Below are positions 36,870-46,520 of a stretch of 46,632 nt of DNA, piece after piece (position 1 is the stretch's first letter; the number at the start of each line of letters is the position of its first letter). The stretch spans positions 1-46,632 of the forward strand of contig DUTS01000103.1 of assembly GCA_012841935.1 (NCBI GenBank). The letters are read 5' to 3'. Position numbers and translations under genes: made by a program. This DNA is from Clostridia bacterium. GTDB lineage: Bacteria > Bacillota > Peptococcia > DRI-13 > DTU073. The notes under the pieces were generated by a model that was not told where the DNA came from, ran no database searches, and saw only the letters and a program-made list of their open reading frames with translations.

Positions 36870-37127
36870 TTGTTGAATATTACGGATATACGGATTAGAA
36901 AGATAAATTATGAGGGAAAAATGAAAGCAATTGTTTCCATAACGTTTGATGATGCCTTTGTAGTTCATGATGTTAAAGTGGTAGAAGGGAATAATGGTTT
37001 ATTTGTGGCCATGCCTAGTCGCAAAATGCCTGACGGGGAATTTCGGGATATCGCCCATCCCATTTCTTCTGAGGCACGGGAAATAATTCAAACCGCTGTT
37101 TTAAAGGCTTATGAAGAAGCCATTTAG
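36870..37127 (+). CDS. spoVG: septation/RNA-binding protein SpoVG
   Basis: [62 protein letters not shown] is near-identical to SpoVG. TTG start after GAAGGTGGTGA. Confidence 0.9.
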   Translation: MLNITDIRIRKINYEGKMKAIVSITFDDAFVVHDVKVVEGNNGLFVAMPSRKMPDGEFRDIAHPISSEAREIIQTAVLKAYEEAI

Positions 37128-37135
37128 TGAGTACA

Positions 37136-37167
37136 AAGGGGGAGCTGTTAAGTAGGCTCCTTTTTTG
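37136..37167 (+). terminator. weak intrinsic terminator after spoVG
   Basis: GGAGC-10 nt-GCTCC (extendable with G:U pairs) followed by T6. Confidence 0.4.
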
Positions 37168-37186
37168 TTGGGGGAAATTTTGGGGA

Positions 37187-37215
37187 TGACTCTAGAGGTA
37201 AAGATATGGTATAAA
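37187..37215 (+). promoter_or_regulatory. possible glmU promoter
   Basis: TGACTC, 17 nt, TGgTATAAA extended -10. Confidence 0.3.
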
Positions 37216-37243
37216 TATAATAGAGGGAAAGGGGGAGAACATT

Positions 37244-38623
37244 TTGTCATTAACAACAGTCGCTGTTATTTTAGCCGCGGGTATGGGTACTAGAATGAAG
37301 TCAACTCAGCCTAAGGTCCTACATAAAATTGCCGGTGTTCCTATAATTAAGTATGTTTTAGAAGCTGTGGAAGCCGCTGGGGTAAAGGAAATTATTATTG
37401 TTTTGGGCCATCAAGCCGAAAAGGTTAAAGAGGAATTGGGTGAAGCTTATCATTATGTTTATCAGCGCAAACAATTAGGTACTGGTCATGCCCTAAGGCA
37501 AGCACTGCCCTTATTGGAGAAATATGCACAGGGTAATTGTTTAGTTCTTTGTGGGGATACCCCTTTATTATCTGGAGAAACTTTGCGGAATTTACGGGAA
37601 AAACATTCGGAAGCTAAGGCTAAGGCTACTGTCTTAACCGCAATTTTGGAAAATCCTAGTGGTTATGGCCGCATTATTAAAGGGGTGCGGGGTATTGAAA
37701 AAATTGTAGAAGAAAATGAGGCTTCCCCTTTGGAAAGTGAAATTAAAGAAATTAATACTGGGGCCTATTGTTTTGCTTTGGATGTTTTGCAGGAAGGGTT
37801 AAAAAAATTAAGCCCGGTAAATTTGCAGGGTGAATATTATCTTACCGATATAATTAAATTTTTGGTAGAAGAGAAGGAAATTGTAGAAACTTACGTATTG
37901 CCTGATTCCCGGGAGGCTTGGGGGATTAATACTCGGGTTCAATTAGCAGCAGCTGAAGCTGTTGTTCAACAAAAGATTTTAAATGAACATTTGTTAAATG
38001 GGGTGACTATTATTGACCCTGCTCACACCTATGTTGCCCGGACGGTAAAAATAGATCTGGATACAATTTTATATCCAGGTACAATTCTTGAAGGAAAAAC
38101 AAGTATTGAGGCTAATTGTTTAATTGGACCTTATACTAGAATTGCGAATTCTTTTATCGGGGCTGGTACTCGGATTGAAAATTCTACTTTAGATATGGTT
38201 ACTGTAGGTAAAAATTGTTTTATTGGACCTTATAGTTATTTAAGACCGGGAACTAGATTGGCTGAAAATGTAAGGATTGGGGGTTTTGTAGAGGTCAAAA
38301 ATACATTTGTGGGGAAAAGTTCAAAAATTCCTCATTTAAGTTATGTAGGGGATAGCCTGTTGGGAGAAGATGTTAATATTGGGGCAGGTACAATAACTTG
38401 TAATTATGATGGAAAAAAGAAAAGTCGTACTTTTATAGAGGATCAGGCTTTTGTGGGTAGTAATACTAATTTTGTAGCCCCGGTAAAGATTGGCAAAGGG
38501 GCTTATATTGGTGCTGGATCAACAATTACCAAAGATGTTCCCCCTGGGGCATTGGCTTTGGCACGTGGTAAACAAAAAAATTTAGTAGATTGGTGTCAGA
38601 AAAAAAATAAAAGGGAGGATTAA
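37244..38623 (+). CDS. glmU: bifunctional UDP-N-acetylglucosamine pyrophosphorylase / GlcN-1-P acetyltransferase
   Basis: [19 protein letters not shown], and C-terminal left-handed beta-helix hexapeptide repeats. TTG start after AAGGGGGAG. Confidence 0.95.
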   Translation: MSLTTVAVILAAGMGTRMKSTQPKVLHKIAGVPIIKYVLEAVEAAGVKEIIIVLGHQAEKVKEELGEAYHYVYQRKQLGTGHALRQALPLLEKYAQGNCLVLCGDTPLLSGETLRNLREKHSEAKAKATVLTAILENPSGYGRIIKGVRGIEKIVEENEASPLESEIKEINTGAYCFALDVLQEGLKKLSPVNLQGEYYLTDIIKFLVEEKEIVETYVLPDSREAWGINTRVQLAAAEAVVQQKILNEHLLNGVTIIDPAHTYVARTVKIDLDTILYPGTILEGKTSIEANCLIGPYTRIANSFIGAGTRIENSTLDMVTVGKNCFIGPYSYLRPGTRLAENVRIGGFVEVKNTFVGKSSKIPHLSYVGDSLLGEDVNIGAGTITCNYDGKKKSRTFIEDQAFVGSNTNFVAPVKIGKGAYIGAGSTITKDVPPGALALARGKQKNLVDWCQKKNKRED

Positions 38624-38624
38624 T

Positions 38625-39569
38625 GTGGCTAAATATAAGGCACTAAAAATCTTTACCGGTAATGCTCATCGTAAATTAGCTGAAGAAATTGCGGAATATT
38701 TGGGAGTAAAGGTTAGTCAAGCTGAGGTGAATACTTTTAGTGATGGGGAAATTTGTGTAGGTATTAATGAAAGTGTGCGCGGTACCGATGCTTTTGTTAT
38801 TCAGCCAACTTGTGCACCGGTAAATAATAATTTAATGGAACTCTTGATTATGATTGACGCTTTGCGCAGAGCTTCGGCTCGCCGCATCACTGCTGTCATC
38901 CCTTATTATGGTTATGCACGACAAGATCGTAAGGCCAAGGCTCGTGACCCTATTACGGCTAAACTTATTGCTAATTTATTAACTGCGGCTGGGGCAAGAA
39001 GGATTTTATCTATTGATTTTCATGCTGGACAAATTCAAGGTTTTTTTGATATTCCGGTAGATCATTTGTGGGGACAGCCTTTAATTGCCGAGTATTTCTT
39101 GAATAAAGGAATCGATGACTTTGTGGTAGTTTCGCCAGATTTAGGGGGAGTTACCCGGGCTAGAGGGTTAGCAGAGCGTTTGCAGGCATCTTTAGCTATT
39201 ATAGATAAACGCCGTCCTTGTCCTAATGAAGCTGAAGTGATGAACATTATCGGTTCTGTGCAGGGGAAAAATGTGGTGATGATTGATGATATTATTGATA
39301 CTGCTGGAACAATAACTTTAGGGGCAGAGGCCCTTAAGAAAAGTGGGGCTCGTGATGTCTATGCCTGCTGTACACATCCGGTTTTATCTGGACCGGCAAT
39401 TCAACGCTTAGAAAATTCAATAATTAAGGAAGTAGTTGTTACTGATACTCTCCCTTTAAATACGGAAAAAAGAATTCCTAAAATTAAAGTTTTATCCACC
39501 GCTCCTTTGTTAGGTGAAGCTATAATTCGTATTCACGAAGACCTTTCGGTAAGCAAACTTTTTAGTTAG
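38625..39569 (+). CDS. prs: ribose-phosphate pyrophosphokinase
   Basis: [12 protein letters not shown], and the PRPP-binding site [16 protein letters not shown] start after AGGGAGGA. Confidence 0.95.
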   Translation: MAKYKALKIFTGNAHRKLAEEIAEYLGVKVSQAEVNTFSDGEICVGINESVRGTDAFVIQPTCAPVNNNLMELLIMIDALRRASARRITAVIPYYGYARQDRKAKARDPITAKLIANLLTAAGARRILSIDFHAGQIQGFFDIPVDHLWGQPLIAEYFLNKGIDDFVVVSPDLGGVTRARGLAERLQASLAIIDKRRPCPNEAEVMNIIGSVQGKNVVMIDDIIDTAGTITLGAEALKKSGARDVYACCTHPVLSGPAIQRLENSIIKEVVVTDTLPLNTEKRIPKIKVLSTAPLLGEAIIRIHEDLSVSKLFS

Positions 39570-39577
39570 GAAGAGGG

Positions 39578-39603
39578 CCCCGGCGGTGTTTCCGGGGTTT
39601 TCT
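39578..39603 (+). terminator. intrinsic terminator after prs
   Basis: CCCCGG-8 nt-CCGGGG followed by TTTTC. Confidence 0.5.
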
Positions 39604-39627
39604 TTGTAGATAAGGAGTGCATAATTG

Positions 39628-40200
39628 ATGAAGTTAATTGTTGGGTTGGGTAATCCCGGGCGGTGTTATGCTTTAACACGCCATAATCTTGGTTTTATGG
39701 TACTTGATGCTTTGGCCCGGGAAGAGCAAATAGCAATTAAGCATAAGCAATTTACGGCTTTGTGTGGTCAAGGTTTAATTAATCAGAAAAAAATTCTTTT
39801 GGTAAAACCTCAGACTTATATGAATCGAAGTGGTGAAGCGGTTTGGGAGCTTTTAAATTATTATCAAGAGCAAATAGAAGATTTAATTATCGTTCATGAT
39901 GATTTGGATTTAGCTTGGGGAAATTTAAGATTTAAAAGAAGTGGTGGTAGTGGGGGTCATAATGGTTTAAAATCAATAACTAGAATGTTAAATTCTGATC
40001 AATATAGTCGATTAAAAATTGGTTTAGGGCGTCCTCCGGCAGGCTGGACATCGGAAGCTTATGTGCTTGCTGCTTTTACCTCAGGGGAAAAAAAAGATTT
40101 AGAATTAATTATTCAAGGGGCAGTACAAGGCTTAAAAGTTTGGTGTGAGAAAGGCTTGGAGGAGGCTATGCAAAAATTTAATTCTTTTGGTCTCGCATAA
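39628..40200 (+). CDS. pth: peptidyl-tRNA hydrolase
   Basis: LIVGLGNPG, TRHNLGF, GGHNGLKS motifs. The ATG lies 10 nt after AAGGAG. Confidence 0.9.
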   Translation: MKLIVGLGNPGRCYALTRHNLGFMVLDALAREEQIAIKHKQFTALCGQGLINQKKILLVKPQTYMNRSGEAVWELLNYYQEQIEDLIIVHDDLDLAWGNLRFKRSGGSGGHNGLKSITRMLNSDQYSRLKIGLGRPPAGWTSEAYVLAAFTSGEKKDLELIIQGAVQGLKVWCEKGLEEAMQKFNSFGLA

Positions 40201-40255
40201 AGGGCTCTTTTTGGGGAAAGACTAACAGTTAGTTTAAAAAAGCGAGGGCCATTTA

Positions 40256-40495
40256 ATGCATTTTATTTATTTTTGTAAACAATGTCATAATTGTGTAGGT
40301 GAAATAAAATTAACTAATTGGAATGAAACAATGTTGGGATTTGATCTACTGACAGCAGCCGAAAAAGAGGAAATGTTAATTATGGATTTACAAAAAGGTC
40401 AAGGTATAGTAAAAGTTATTTGTGAAGCTTGTTTTCAAAAAGAACTGGCTCAACCTTTTCTTTTTCGGGAAACAAGCTCAATTGGGCTGCATTAA
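40256..40495 (+). CDS. fin: anti-sigma-F factor Fin (YabK/DUF2757) family
   Basis: 79 aa. CxxC...CxxC (CKQCHNC ... CEAC) and LGFDLLTAAEKEEM align with B. subtilis Fin. It lies between pth and mfd. Confidence 0.7.
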   Translation: MHFIYFCKQCHNCVGEIKLTNWNETMLGFDLLTAAEKEEMLIMDLQKGQGIVKVICEACFQKELAQPFLFRETSSIGLH

Positions 40496-40572
40496 AGAAT
40501 GTTATATGGATAGTTAAAGTAGATATTTAATAAGCTATAATAGAGAATATTTTTAGATAAGGGGAACTAAAA

Positions 40573-43500
40573 ATGTCATTGGCCATGATATTGCATTATT
40601 TGAAAACTTCTTTTGAATACAAGTATTTAGTAGAAGAGGTAAAAAAACAAAAAACAAATCATTTTTACGGGATTAGTGGTTCACAAAAAAGTCTTTGGGC
40701 AGCACTTTTAGTGGAAATACAGCAGCGGCCTTTACTTTATCTTGTGGAATCTGTAGTTAAGGGAAAAGAGATTTTTGATGATTTCGTTAATTTATTTTCT
40801 CCTGCGGAAGTACAGTTTTTTCCGGCTTGGGAGTCACTTCCTTTTGAAGTTTTGGCCCAAAGCCCGGAGACACGGTACCAGCGTTTAAAAGTTTTAGAAG
40901 GATTATTATCTGGTAAAACCAAAGTGGTAGTTACTACTTGGGAAGCCTTTAGTAAAACACTGCTGCCTCCTGATTGCTTTCGTCAAGCTAGACGGCAATT
41001 AAAAGTTGGTCAATCAGTGGAATTGGATGAATTAATTGCTTATTTGGATACTTTGGGTTATCAGCATGTGGAAAGGGTAGAAGAAGGGGGGCAATTTTCA
41101 CGCCGCGGTGGTATTCTAGATATTTTCCCGCCGGGCTTGGATGATCCCTATCGATTAGAATTTTTTGATTGTGAAATTGAATCTATTCGTTTATTTTCTC
41201 CGGAAAGTCAGCGATCAAGGCAAAAGGTATCGGAAATTATCCTGATGCCTGCTGGTGAGTTTTTTATCTTAAAAGAAAAAAAAGAGTCGGCTTGGGCTAA
41301 CTTGGAAAAAGAAGCTGACGTCTTTTTAAATAAATTAAAACAGAAGGGCTGTAAAGAAGCCTTTCATAATTTTACAAATAAACTGAAAACCGCGCGAGAT
41401 TTTATTGAGCAGGGAAATTTTTTCCACGGAAGTGAACAATTATTGCCCTATTTTATTCAAGAAAAATATATGTTGTCAGACTATTTTTTGCAAACACCAC
41501 TGTTAATTTTTGATGAACCCCATCGTCAAAAACAAAGTTGTCAGGTGCGTGAAAAGGAAATGCGAGAAATCTATTTATCACTTTGGGAAAAGGGAAAAGT
41601 ATTACCAGGACAAATTGATAATTATTTGGGATGGCGGCAAATGGAGCAATTATGGTACCAAAAAAATGTTTACTTTTTTTCATTACTACCGCAAAAAGTA
41701 GCTACTTTGCCGAAAGTTCGGTCATTTGGAGTAGTGGCTAAATCAACTAATTTATTTTTAGGTAAATTGCATTTACTAGCCGATACTTTGAAGGTCTTAA
41801 AAGCACAAAAATATTTAGTTGTGATTTTGGTAAATTCTGAGGAAAGAATAAGACGCCTTAAGCAGGGTCTTTGGGATATGGGTTTGGAGACAACTATTAG
41901 TGAAAGGGATTTAGTTTTTCAGGCTGGTCAAATTTATTTAACAACAGGTTATTTAACTAATGGATTTGAATTAACTGATTGGAAAATAGTCGTCTTCACA
42001 GAGCATGAATTGTTTTATCAGCCCAAAAAGAAAGCTCCGCGGCGAATGTTTCAAGATGGTAAGCGAGTTACCTTTTTAGAGGATTTACAAGTAGGTGATT
42101 ATGTAGTTCATTTAAATCATGGTATTGGTCGTTATTTAGGTATTGAAAAATTAGCTGTTGCTGATATGGAAAGAGATTATTTAGTGATTAAATACCGGGG
42201 AGATGACAAATTATATGTACCGACTACTCAGGTAGGACTTTTGCAAAAGTATTCTTATCAAGAGGGACTGCGGCCCAAATTGTCTAAATTGGGTGGTAGT
42301 GAATGGAGTAAAATTAAAAGCAGAGTAAAAAGCAGTGTTCGGGATTTGGCCCAAGATTTGTTAAAATTATATGCGGCTAGACATGCGGCACGCGGTTTTC
42401 CCTTTGCCCCGGATACTCCCTGGCAAAGGGAATTTGAAGATTCTTTTCCATATGAAGAAACTGAAGATCAGCTGCAGTGTATTGCGGAAATAAAAAAGGA
42501 TATGGAAAAACCGCGTCCCATGGATCGTTTGTTATGTGGTGATGTAGGTTATGGTAAAACTGAAGTGGCCTTAAGAGCTGCCTGTAAAACAGTTTTTAAT
42601 AATAAGCAGACTGCAGTTTTAGTTCCCACTACTATTTTAGCTGAACAGCATTACAGTACTTTTTTGGAAAGATTTAAAGGTTTACCGGTAAATATTAATG
42701 TTTTGAGTCGTTTTCGCTCTCCTAAAGAACAGCGGGAAATTGTGGAGGATTTAAAAACAGGTAAAATTGATATTATTATTGGTACCCATCGTTTGCTTTC
42801 CTCAGATATTCAGTTTAAAGATTTAGGACTTTTGGTAGTTGATGAGGAACAGCGTTTTGGTGTTTTGCATAAGGAAAAAATAAAACAATTGAAAAAAACG
42901 GTAGATGTGTTGACTCTTACTGCAACACCTATTCCGCGTACATTACAAATGTCTATGGCCGGGGTTAGGGATATGAGTATCATTGAGACCCCCCCTGGGG
43001 AAAGGTATCCTGTACAAACCTTTGTAGTGGAATATAGTCCACAATTAGTACAAGAGGCATTAAGAAGGGAGTTAGGACGCGGTGGGCAAGTTTATTTTGT
43101 TCATAATCGGGTCGAAGATATTGAAACTGTGGCCACCGAGGTACAAAATTTAGTCCCCGAGGCTAAAATAGGTATAGCTCACGGTCAAATGCCGGAAGTT
43201 TTATTGGAAAATGTTATGTTTGATTTTTATGAAGGACATTATGATGTTTTAGTTTGTACAACAATTATTGAATCTGGTTTGGATATTGCTAATGTAAATA
43301 CATTAATTGTTAATCAGGCGGATAAATTGGGACTTTCACAACTTTATCAATTACGGGGCCGGGTGGGGCGTTCAAATCGTGTGGCCTATGCCTATTTAAC
43401 TTATCAAAAAGATAAAGTCCTTTCAGAAGTAGCCGAAAAAAGATTAAGTGCGATTCGTGAATTTACGGAATTGGGTTCTGGTTTAAAAATTGCCATGCGT

Positions 43501-44109
43501 GATTTGGAAATTAGGGGAGCTGGTAATATTTTAGGTGCAGAGCAAAGTGGTCAAATAGCCGCAGTTGGCTTTGATTTATATTGTCAGCTGTTAGAGCAAG
43601 CTGTACGTGAAGCCAAGGGGGAAAAAGAGCCCCCGGAAAAAACGGTATTGGTTGATTTGCAGGTAAAAGCCTATATTCCCCAAACTTATATTGCTGATCA
43701 TGGGGTTAAAGTTAATTTTTATCAGCGGATTAATGCTGTTAAACAAGAAGTTGAGTTACAGCAATTAGCTGAGGAATTAAAGGATCGTTTTGGTCCTTTG
43801 CCTGAAGCGGTTCTTAATTTATTACAGATTGCGAAAATTCAATTGGCTGCTTCGGCTTGTAAGATAGAAGCGATTTTTCAAGAAAATAAAATTATTAAAA
43901 TTAAATGGGAGCCTGAACATGATTTAACCGGACCGGCTTTAATGCAGTTGGTGAGGCGTTATCGGCGTAAGGTCAGTTTTAACGTGGCTGAGGGTTTAGA
44001 GTTGAAGATTAATGTGGGTAATTTGGCTGCCTCAGAGCGGTTGGGCTTTTTGGAAGAAATTATTGCGGAAATATCTTCACTTGCTTCCGCGGAACAGGTT
44101 TTGATATAA
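40573..44109 (+). CDS. mfd: transcription-repair coupling factor
   Basis: 1178 aa. UvrB-homology N-terminus, CarD/RID (GDYVVHLNHGIGRY), SF2 motifs (GDVGYGKTE, DEEQRFG, LYQLRGRVGRS), TRG motif. Confidence 0.95.
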   Translation: MSLAMILHYLKTSFEYKYLVEEVKKQKTNHFYGISGSQKSLWAALLVEIQQRPLLYLVESVVKGKEIFDDFVNLFSPAEVQFFPAWESLPFEVLAQSPETRYQRLKVLEGLLSGKTKVVVTTWEAFSKTLLPPDCFRQARRQLKVGQSVELDELIAYLDTLGYQHVERVEEGGQFSRRGGILDIFPPGLDDPYRLEFFDCEIESIRLFSPESQRSRQKVSEIILMPAGEFFILKEKKESAWANLEKEADVFLNKLKQKGCKEAFHNFTNKLKTARDFIEQGNFFHGSEQLLPYFIQEKYMLSDYFLQTPLLIFDEPHRQKQSCQVREKEMREIYLSLWEKGKVLPGQIDNYLGWRQMEQLWYQKNVYFFSLLPQKVATLPKVRSFGVVAKSTNLFLGKLHLLADTLKVLKAQKYLVVILVNSEERIRRLKQGLWDMGLETTISERDLVFQAGQIYLTTGYLTNGFELTDWKIVVFTEHELFYQPKKKAPRRMFQDGKRVTFLEDLQVGDYVVHLNHGIGRYLGIEKLAVADMERDYLVIKYRGDDKLYVPTTQVGLLQKYSYQEGLRPKLSKLGGSEWSKIKSRVKSSVRDLAQDLLKLYAARHAARGFPFAPDTPWQREFEDSFPYEETEDQLQCIAEIKKDMEKPRPMDRLLCGDVGYGKTEVALRAACKTVFNNKQTAVLVPTTILAEQHYSTFLERFKGLPVNINVLSRFRSPKEQREIVEDLKTGKIDIIIGTHRLLSSDIQFKDLGLLVVDEEQRFGVLHKEKIKQLKKTVDVLTLTATPIPRTLQMSMAGVRDMSIIETPPGERYPVQTFVVEYSPQLVQEALRRELGRGGQVYFVHNRVEDIETVATEVQNLVPEAKIGIAHGQMPEVLLENVMFDFYEGHYDVLVCTTIIESGLDIANVNTLIVNQADKLGLSQLYQLRGRVGRSNRVAYAYLTYQKDKVLSEVAEKRLSAIREFTELGSGLKIAMRDLEIRGAGNILGAEQSGQIAAVGFDLYCQLLEQAVREAKGEKEPPEKTVLVDLQVKAYIPQTYIADHGVKVNFYQRINAVKQEVELQQLAEELKDRFGPLPEAVLNLLQIAKIQLAASACKIEAIFQENKIIKIKWEPEHDLTGPALMQLVRRYRRKVSFNVAEGLELKINVGNLAASERLGFLEEIIAEISSLASAEQVLI

Positions 44110-44148
44110 TGAACTTATCTTTGGAGAAAAGGAAAGAGAGGAAAAATA

Positions 44149-45117
44149 ATGAAAAAGTACAGAAAATTAGCAGTGTATGTGTTAATTTTCGCTTTTTTAT
44201 TAACCGGCTGTGGGGATCAAGTTATTGCTAAGGTTAATGGAGTGAAAATTACGGAAACAGAGCTCAGTGATGAGGTTGAACGTATTGCTGTGATGCATGG
44301 TTATGATTTGGATGGTGAGCATGGGGCTTTAATGAGAAATGTTTTGGAAGAGCAAACCCTAGAGGCCTTAATCATGAAGAATTTGGTATTACAGGAAGCC
44401 AAGGCTAGGAAAATTACGGTTGACAAGAAAAAAATTAAAGAGGAAATTCAGAACATCAAGGATAATTTCAGTTCCAAAAAAGAATATAAGGAGTTTTTAA
44501 CAGCAAATAAATTAACAGAAAAGGAATTGTTTAAGACTTATGAAACTATGTACATTTACGAAGCACTTTTTGATGAAATTACCAAGGATATAACTGAGCC
44601 TTCAGAAGACCCCGCAGAATACTATAATGAGAATACTGAGGAGTTTTTTCGCCCGGAAATGGTACAAGTTCGTCATGTTTTAGTAGATACAAAGGAAGAA
44701 GCCGAAGCTATTTTAGAGGCTTTAGCAAGTGGAGCGGATTTTAAAGAATTGGCCTTGGAAAAATCGACTGATCCTAGTGTGACTCAAAATGAAGGTCTCA
44801 TGGAATATTTTCCCCGTGGTGGTTATATGGTAGAAGAATTTGAAGAAGCAGCTTTTGCTTTATCTGAGATTGGGGAATATACTCAGGAGCCTGTTAAAAC
44901 TGACTATGGTTTTCACATTATTAAGCTTGAAGGACGTCAAGAGGAAAAACAGATGACTTTTGAGGAAGTAAAGGAGCAATTAATAGAAAGATTATTGGCA
45001 CAGGATAAAAGTGAAAAATTTAGGGTTTTTGAGGATGAATTATTGGCTAAAGCTGAAATAGAAAAATTACTTCCAGAAGATGAAACAGAAGATTTATCCG
45101 AGGAAATGGACGAATAA
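44149..45117 (+). CDS. PpiC-type peptidyl-prolyl isomerase lipoprotein (PrsA/SurA-like)
   Basis: Lipobox LLTGC, SurA-N-like helical domain, parvulin motifs (VRHVLV, DYGFHIIK), acidic tail. Confidence 0.8.
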   Translation: MKKYRKLAVYVLIFAFLLTGCGDQVIAKVNGVKITETELSDEVERIAVMHGYDLDGEHGALMRNVLEEQTLEALIMKNLVLQEAKARKITVDKKKIKEEIQNIKDNFSSKKEYKEFLTANKLTEKELFKTYETMYIYEALFDEITKDITEPSEDPAEYYNENTEEFFRPEMVQVRHVLVDTKEEAEAILEALASGADFKELALEKSTDPSVTQNEGLMEYFPRGGYMVEEFEEAAFALSEIGEYTQEPVKTDYGFHIIKLEGRQEEKQMTFEEVKEQLIERLLAQDKSEKFRVFEDELLAKAEIEKLLPEDETEDLSEEMDE

Positions 45118-45150
45118 AAAAAGTAAACACATTAAGAATTAGCAAACTTT

Positions 45151-45197
45151 AGACCACATTGGAGAATAGAATCTCTAATGTGGCCTAAGTATTTTTC
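45151..45197 (+). terminator. probable intrinsic terminator closing the conserved block
   Basis: GACCACATTGGAG-9 nt-CTCTAATGTGGCC (one mismatch, one G:U) followed by TAAGTATTTTT. Confidence 0.45.
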
Positions 45198-45296
45198 AAA
45201 AGATATTAAGATCATCTGCATTGGTAGTTCCTATCAGAATTTAAGAAAGAAATGGTTATAAATAGGGGATTCACAATTGGGAGGGGATAATCTGTG

Positions 45297-45704
45297 ATGG
45301 AAACAAAATTAGATGGTAAAACCCTCGACATAGAAGGGGAAAATATTGAGAAGCTTAAAACCATATTCCCGGAGGTCTTTACGGAGGGGAAGGTGGACTT
45401 TGAAAAGCTAAAGCAGGTATTAGGCAATTATGTGGAAGATAGCAATGAACGCTATAACTTTACCTGGAATGGTAAGGGGCAAGCTCTCCGCCTATCTCAA
45501 ACACCTTCACTGGGAACCCTTAGGCCCTGCAAGGAAGAAAGTAAAAACTGGGATACCACAGAGAACCTTTACATAGAGGGAGATAACTTTGAAGTATTGA
45601 AACTCTTGCAAAAGAGTTACTATGGCAAGGTGAAGGTGATTTATATTGATATAATCTTACAGAGATTGATACAATTTAATTACCCTAAAAGTTATTGTGC
45701 TTAG
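45297..45704 (+). pseudogene. N-terminal fragment (about 118 aa) of a Type III R-M Mod-like N6-adenine DNA methyltransferase
   Basis: NLYIEGDNFEVLKLLQKSYYGKVKVIYID is the conserved run that normally continues PPYNTG. Here it continues IILQRLIQFNYPKSYCA-stop. The break is at 45650/45651. Confidence 0.7.
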
Positions 45705-45737
45705 GGGTGTGCAAACTCAAAAAGAGGTGTGCAGAAG
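45703..45737. repeat. two copies of AGrGGTGTGCArA, phased 20 bp apart
   Basis: AGGGGTGTGCAAA (45703-45715) and AGAGGTGTGCAGA (45723-45735). The GGTGTGCA core is identical. Confidence 0.3.
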
Positions 45738-45740
45738 AGA

Positions 45741-45766
45741 AGTCGAGGAATACTCGGCTATTTTTT
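45741..45766 (+). terminator. intrinsic terminator in the orphan spacer
   Basis: AGTCGAG-gaata-CTCGGCT (one G:U), then A and T6. Confidence 0.5.
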
Positions 45767-45978
45767 AACTCTATTTTTACCCAAGAATGCAACTTGAGGT
45801 TTGCAGATGTAATTTTAAATTGCAATAGATAGACACATTCTTTTTCTATAGTATAAAATAATAAAAACCTGAAAGATATGTTCCTACAATGTAAACCTAA
45901 AGTAACACATTATGTTATCTTAGGTTGGTGTATTATTTTATAATTTGTTGTATACTGCTTATAAAGGATGTGAGAAAT

Positions 45979-46416
45979 ATGATAAGTATGAATTTGAAAG
46001 AATTACGAGAAAGACATAAATACACTCAAGAGGAAGTTGCTGAAAAAATCGGTGTTTCAAGGCAAGCTGTTGCCAAATGGGAAAGTGGTAAAACAGTGCC
46101 AGATATCAATAATTGTATAGCTTTGGCAGAGTTATATGAGGTGGAATTAGATGCTCTGGTAGGTTATTCCAAAGATGATGAAAAAATAGGCCTTAAGCCA
46201 AAAGGAAAACACATATTTGGAATGGTAAAGGTAGGAGAACGAGGCCAGATTGTGATTCCCAAAAAGGCCAGAGATATATTTAAGATCTGTCCTGGAGATT
46301 CCTTGTTGATTCTAGGCGATGAGTCACAAGGGATTGGGATTATGAAAAGCGAGGGCTTTCTGCAGTTTGCACAGGAAATTTTTGATGCATATGAATATCA
46401 GGAGAAAGATAAATGA
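45979..46416 (+). CDS. transcriptional regulator: XRE-type HTH fused to an AbrB/SpoVT-type swapped-hairpin domain
   Basis: LKELRERHKYTQEEVAEKIGVSRQAVAKWESGKTVPD (HTH_3), then GMVKVGERGQIVIPKKARDIFKICPGDSLLILGDE (AbrB-like). ATG 45979 follows AAAGGATGTGAG. Confidence 0.8.
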   Translation: MISMNLKELRERHKYTQEEVAEKIGVSRQAVAKWESGKTVPDINNCIALAELYEVELDALVGYSKDDEKIGLKPKGKHIFGMVKVGERGQIVIPKKARDIFKICPGDSLLILGDESQGIGIMKSEGFLQFAQEIFDAYEYQEKDK

Positions 46417-46520
46417 TTGCTATAGAAACAACAAAGTTAACCAAGAAATTTCAAACAAAAACTGCTGTAAATTCTCTCAATCTTTCTATTAAACAAGGCG
46501 AGCTTTTCGCTTTACTAGGT
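46413..46520 (+). pseudogene. 36-codon N-terminal stub of an ABC-transporter ATP-binding protein
   Basis: MIAIETTKLTKKFQTKTAVNSLNLSIKQGELFALLG stops exactly where the Walker A (PNGAGKT/S) should follow. ATGA overlap with the regulator gene. Confidence 0.6.
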
